Positions 16,768-17,417 of a stretch of 17,417 nt of DNA are shown here, piece by piece. The notes beneath the pieces are model-generated. The model did no database searches. It was not told the origin of the DNA and saw only the letters and a program-made list of their open reading frames with translations. The DNA is from an uncultured Nitrososphaeraceae archaeon (GTDB taxonomy: Archaea > Thermoproteota > Nitrososphaeria > Nitrososphaerales > Nitrososphaeraceae): contig CAWGVG010000039.1 in NCBI GenBank assembly GCA_963825865.1, positions 1 to 17,417 on the forward strand, given 5' to 3'. The stretch's first letter is position 1, and each line of letters starts with the position of its first letter. The translations under genes and the position numbers were made by a program.

Positions 16768-17417
16768 TTGAAAATCTGGTTTGACATTTTGACACCAAAA
16801 CAGGTGATGTTTTTTAAACCTGTTGTGGATCTGCTTCGCGAAGCTGATAATGAATTACTTTGCACATCCCGAGACTATAGAGAAACAATAGAACTTGCAA
16901 GTATAAAGCACCTTGATCTCAAAGTTGTTGGAAGACATGGGGGAGCTGGAAGATATGAAAAGCTATGTGAAAGCGCGAATAGAATATTTGAATTGGCAGA
17001 TATAATAAAGCACTTTGAACCCGATACTGCCATAACATTTTCATCGCCTGAAGGGGCTAGAGTTGCATTCGGACTTGGAATAAAACACATAGGATTGAAT
17101 GATTCCCCTCATGCAGTATCTGTCGCAAAACTTACAATTCCTCTAATGAATCACCTATTCTGTCCTTGGGTTATACCATATTCTGCCTGGCTTAACTTTG
17201 GAATTTCAAAGAATAATATAACAAGATATCGAGCATTGGATCCTGCAGCATGGCTCAAACGACATCCAATATCGTTACCATTACCATCTGCTATGATAGA
17301 TAATTTCAACTTTGACACACAGAAAAAGACCATTTTAATAAGACCGGAGGAAACAAAAGCTTCCTATATTGCAGATAAAAAGATCAGTAACAGAATTTCC
17401 ATGATCGATGCGGTTGT
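16768..17417 (+). CDS. DUF354 family protein (GT-B fold-like), runs off the window
   Basis: Not in ORF track. From TTG 16768: MKIWFDILTPKQVMFFKP...TSRDYRE...VVGRHGG...FSSPEGARVAFGLGIKHIGLNDSPHA...ILIRPEETKASY, open to the edge. Confidence 0.9.
   Translation, partial: MKIWFDILTPKQVMFFKPVVDLLREADNELLCTSRDYRETIELASIKHLDLKVVGRHGGAGRYEKLCESANRIFELADIIKHFEPDTAITFSSPEGARVAFGLGIKHIGLNDSPHAVSVAKLTIPLMNHLFCPWVIPYSAWLNFGISKNNITRYRALDPAAWLKRHPISLPLPSAMIDNFNFDTQKKTILIRPEETKASYIADKKISNRISMIDAV

Noticed and set aside
16875-17333. Two short minus-strand ORFs
   Set aside because: Antisense to the DUF354 gene that runs off the window.

Overview
AT-rich archaeal chromosomal segment. Gene content and style (thermosome with GGM tail, Alba, MptE, Trm112, C2H2 microprotein, apparently leaderless genes behind TATA boxes) point to a soil ammonia-oxidising archaeon (Nitrososphaerota, probably Nitrososphaeraceae); the taxonomy is inference. 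The left ~7.4 kb is accessory-looking: a ureohydrolase (agmatinase/arginase family) coupled by an ATGA overlap to a divergent urease-gamma-like gene, then on the other strand a small membrane protein, a TPR protein, a two-finger C2H2 protein, a sodium:solute symporter plus universal stress protein, a wHTH-methyltransferase and a sharply GC-rich PPOX/F420-type gene that looks recently acquired. The right ~10 kb is core-like: mptE, a Zn-ribbon microprotein, thermosome, hot-dog thioesterase, tRNA-Pro(CGG), alba, a nucleotidyltransferase, ilvE and a nucleotide-sugar/glycan cluster (Gfo/Idh/MocA, Trm112, hexapeptide acetyltransferase, degenerate NDP-sugar dehydrogenase, DUF354). Six single-base indels break five otherwise intact genes, most simply explained by assembly error. 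The best candidate for an undescribed system is the ureohydrolase + UreA-like + SSS transporter module, a possible route from an imported guanidino compound to urea/ammonia.
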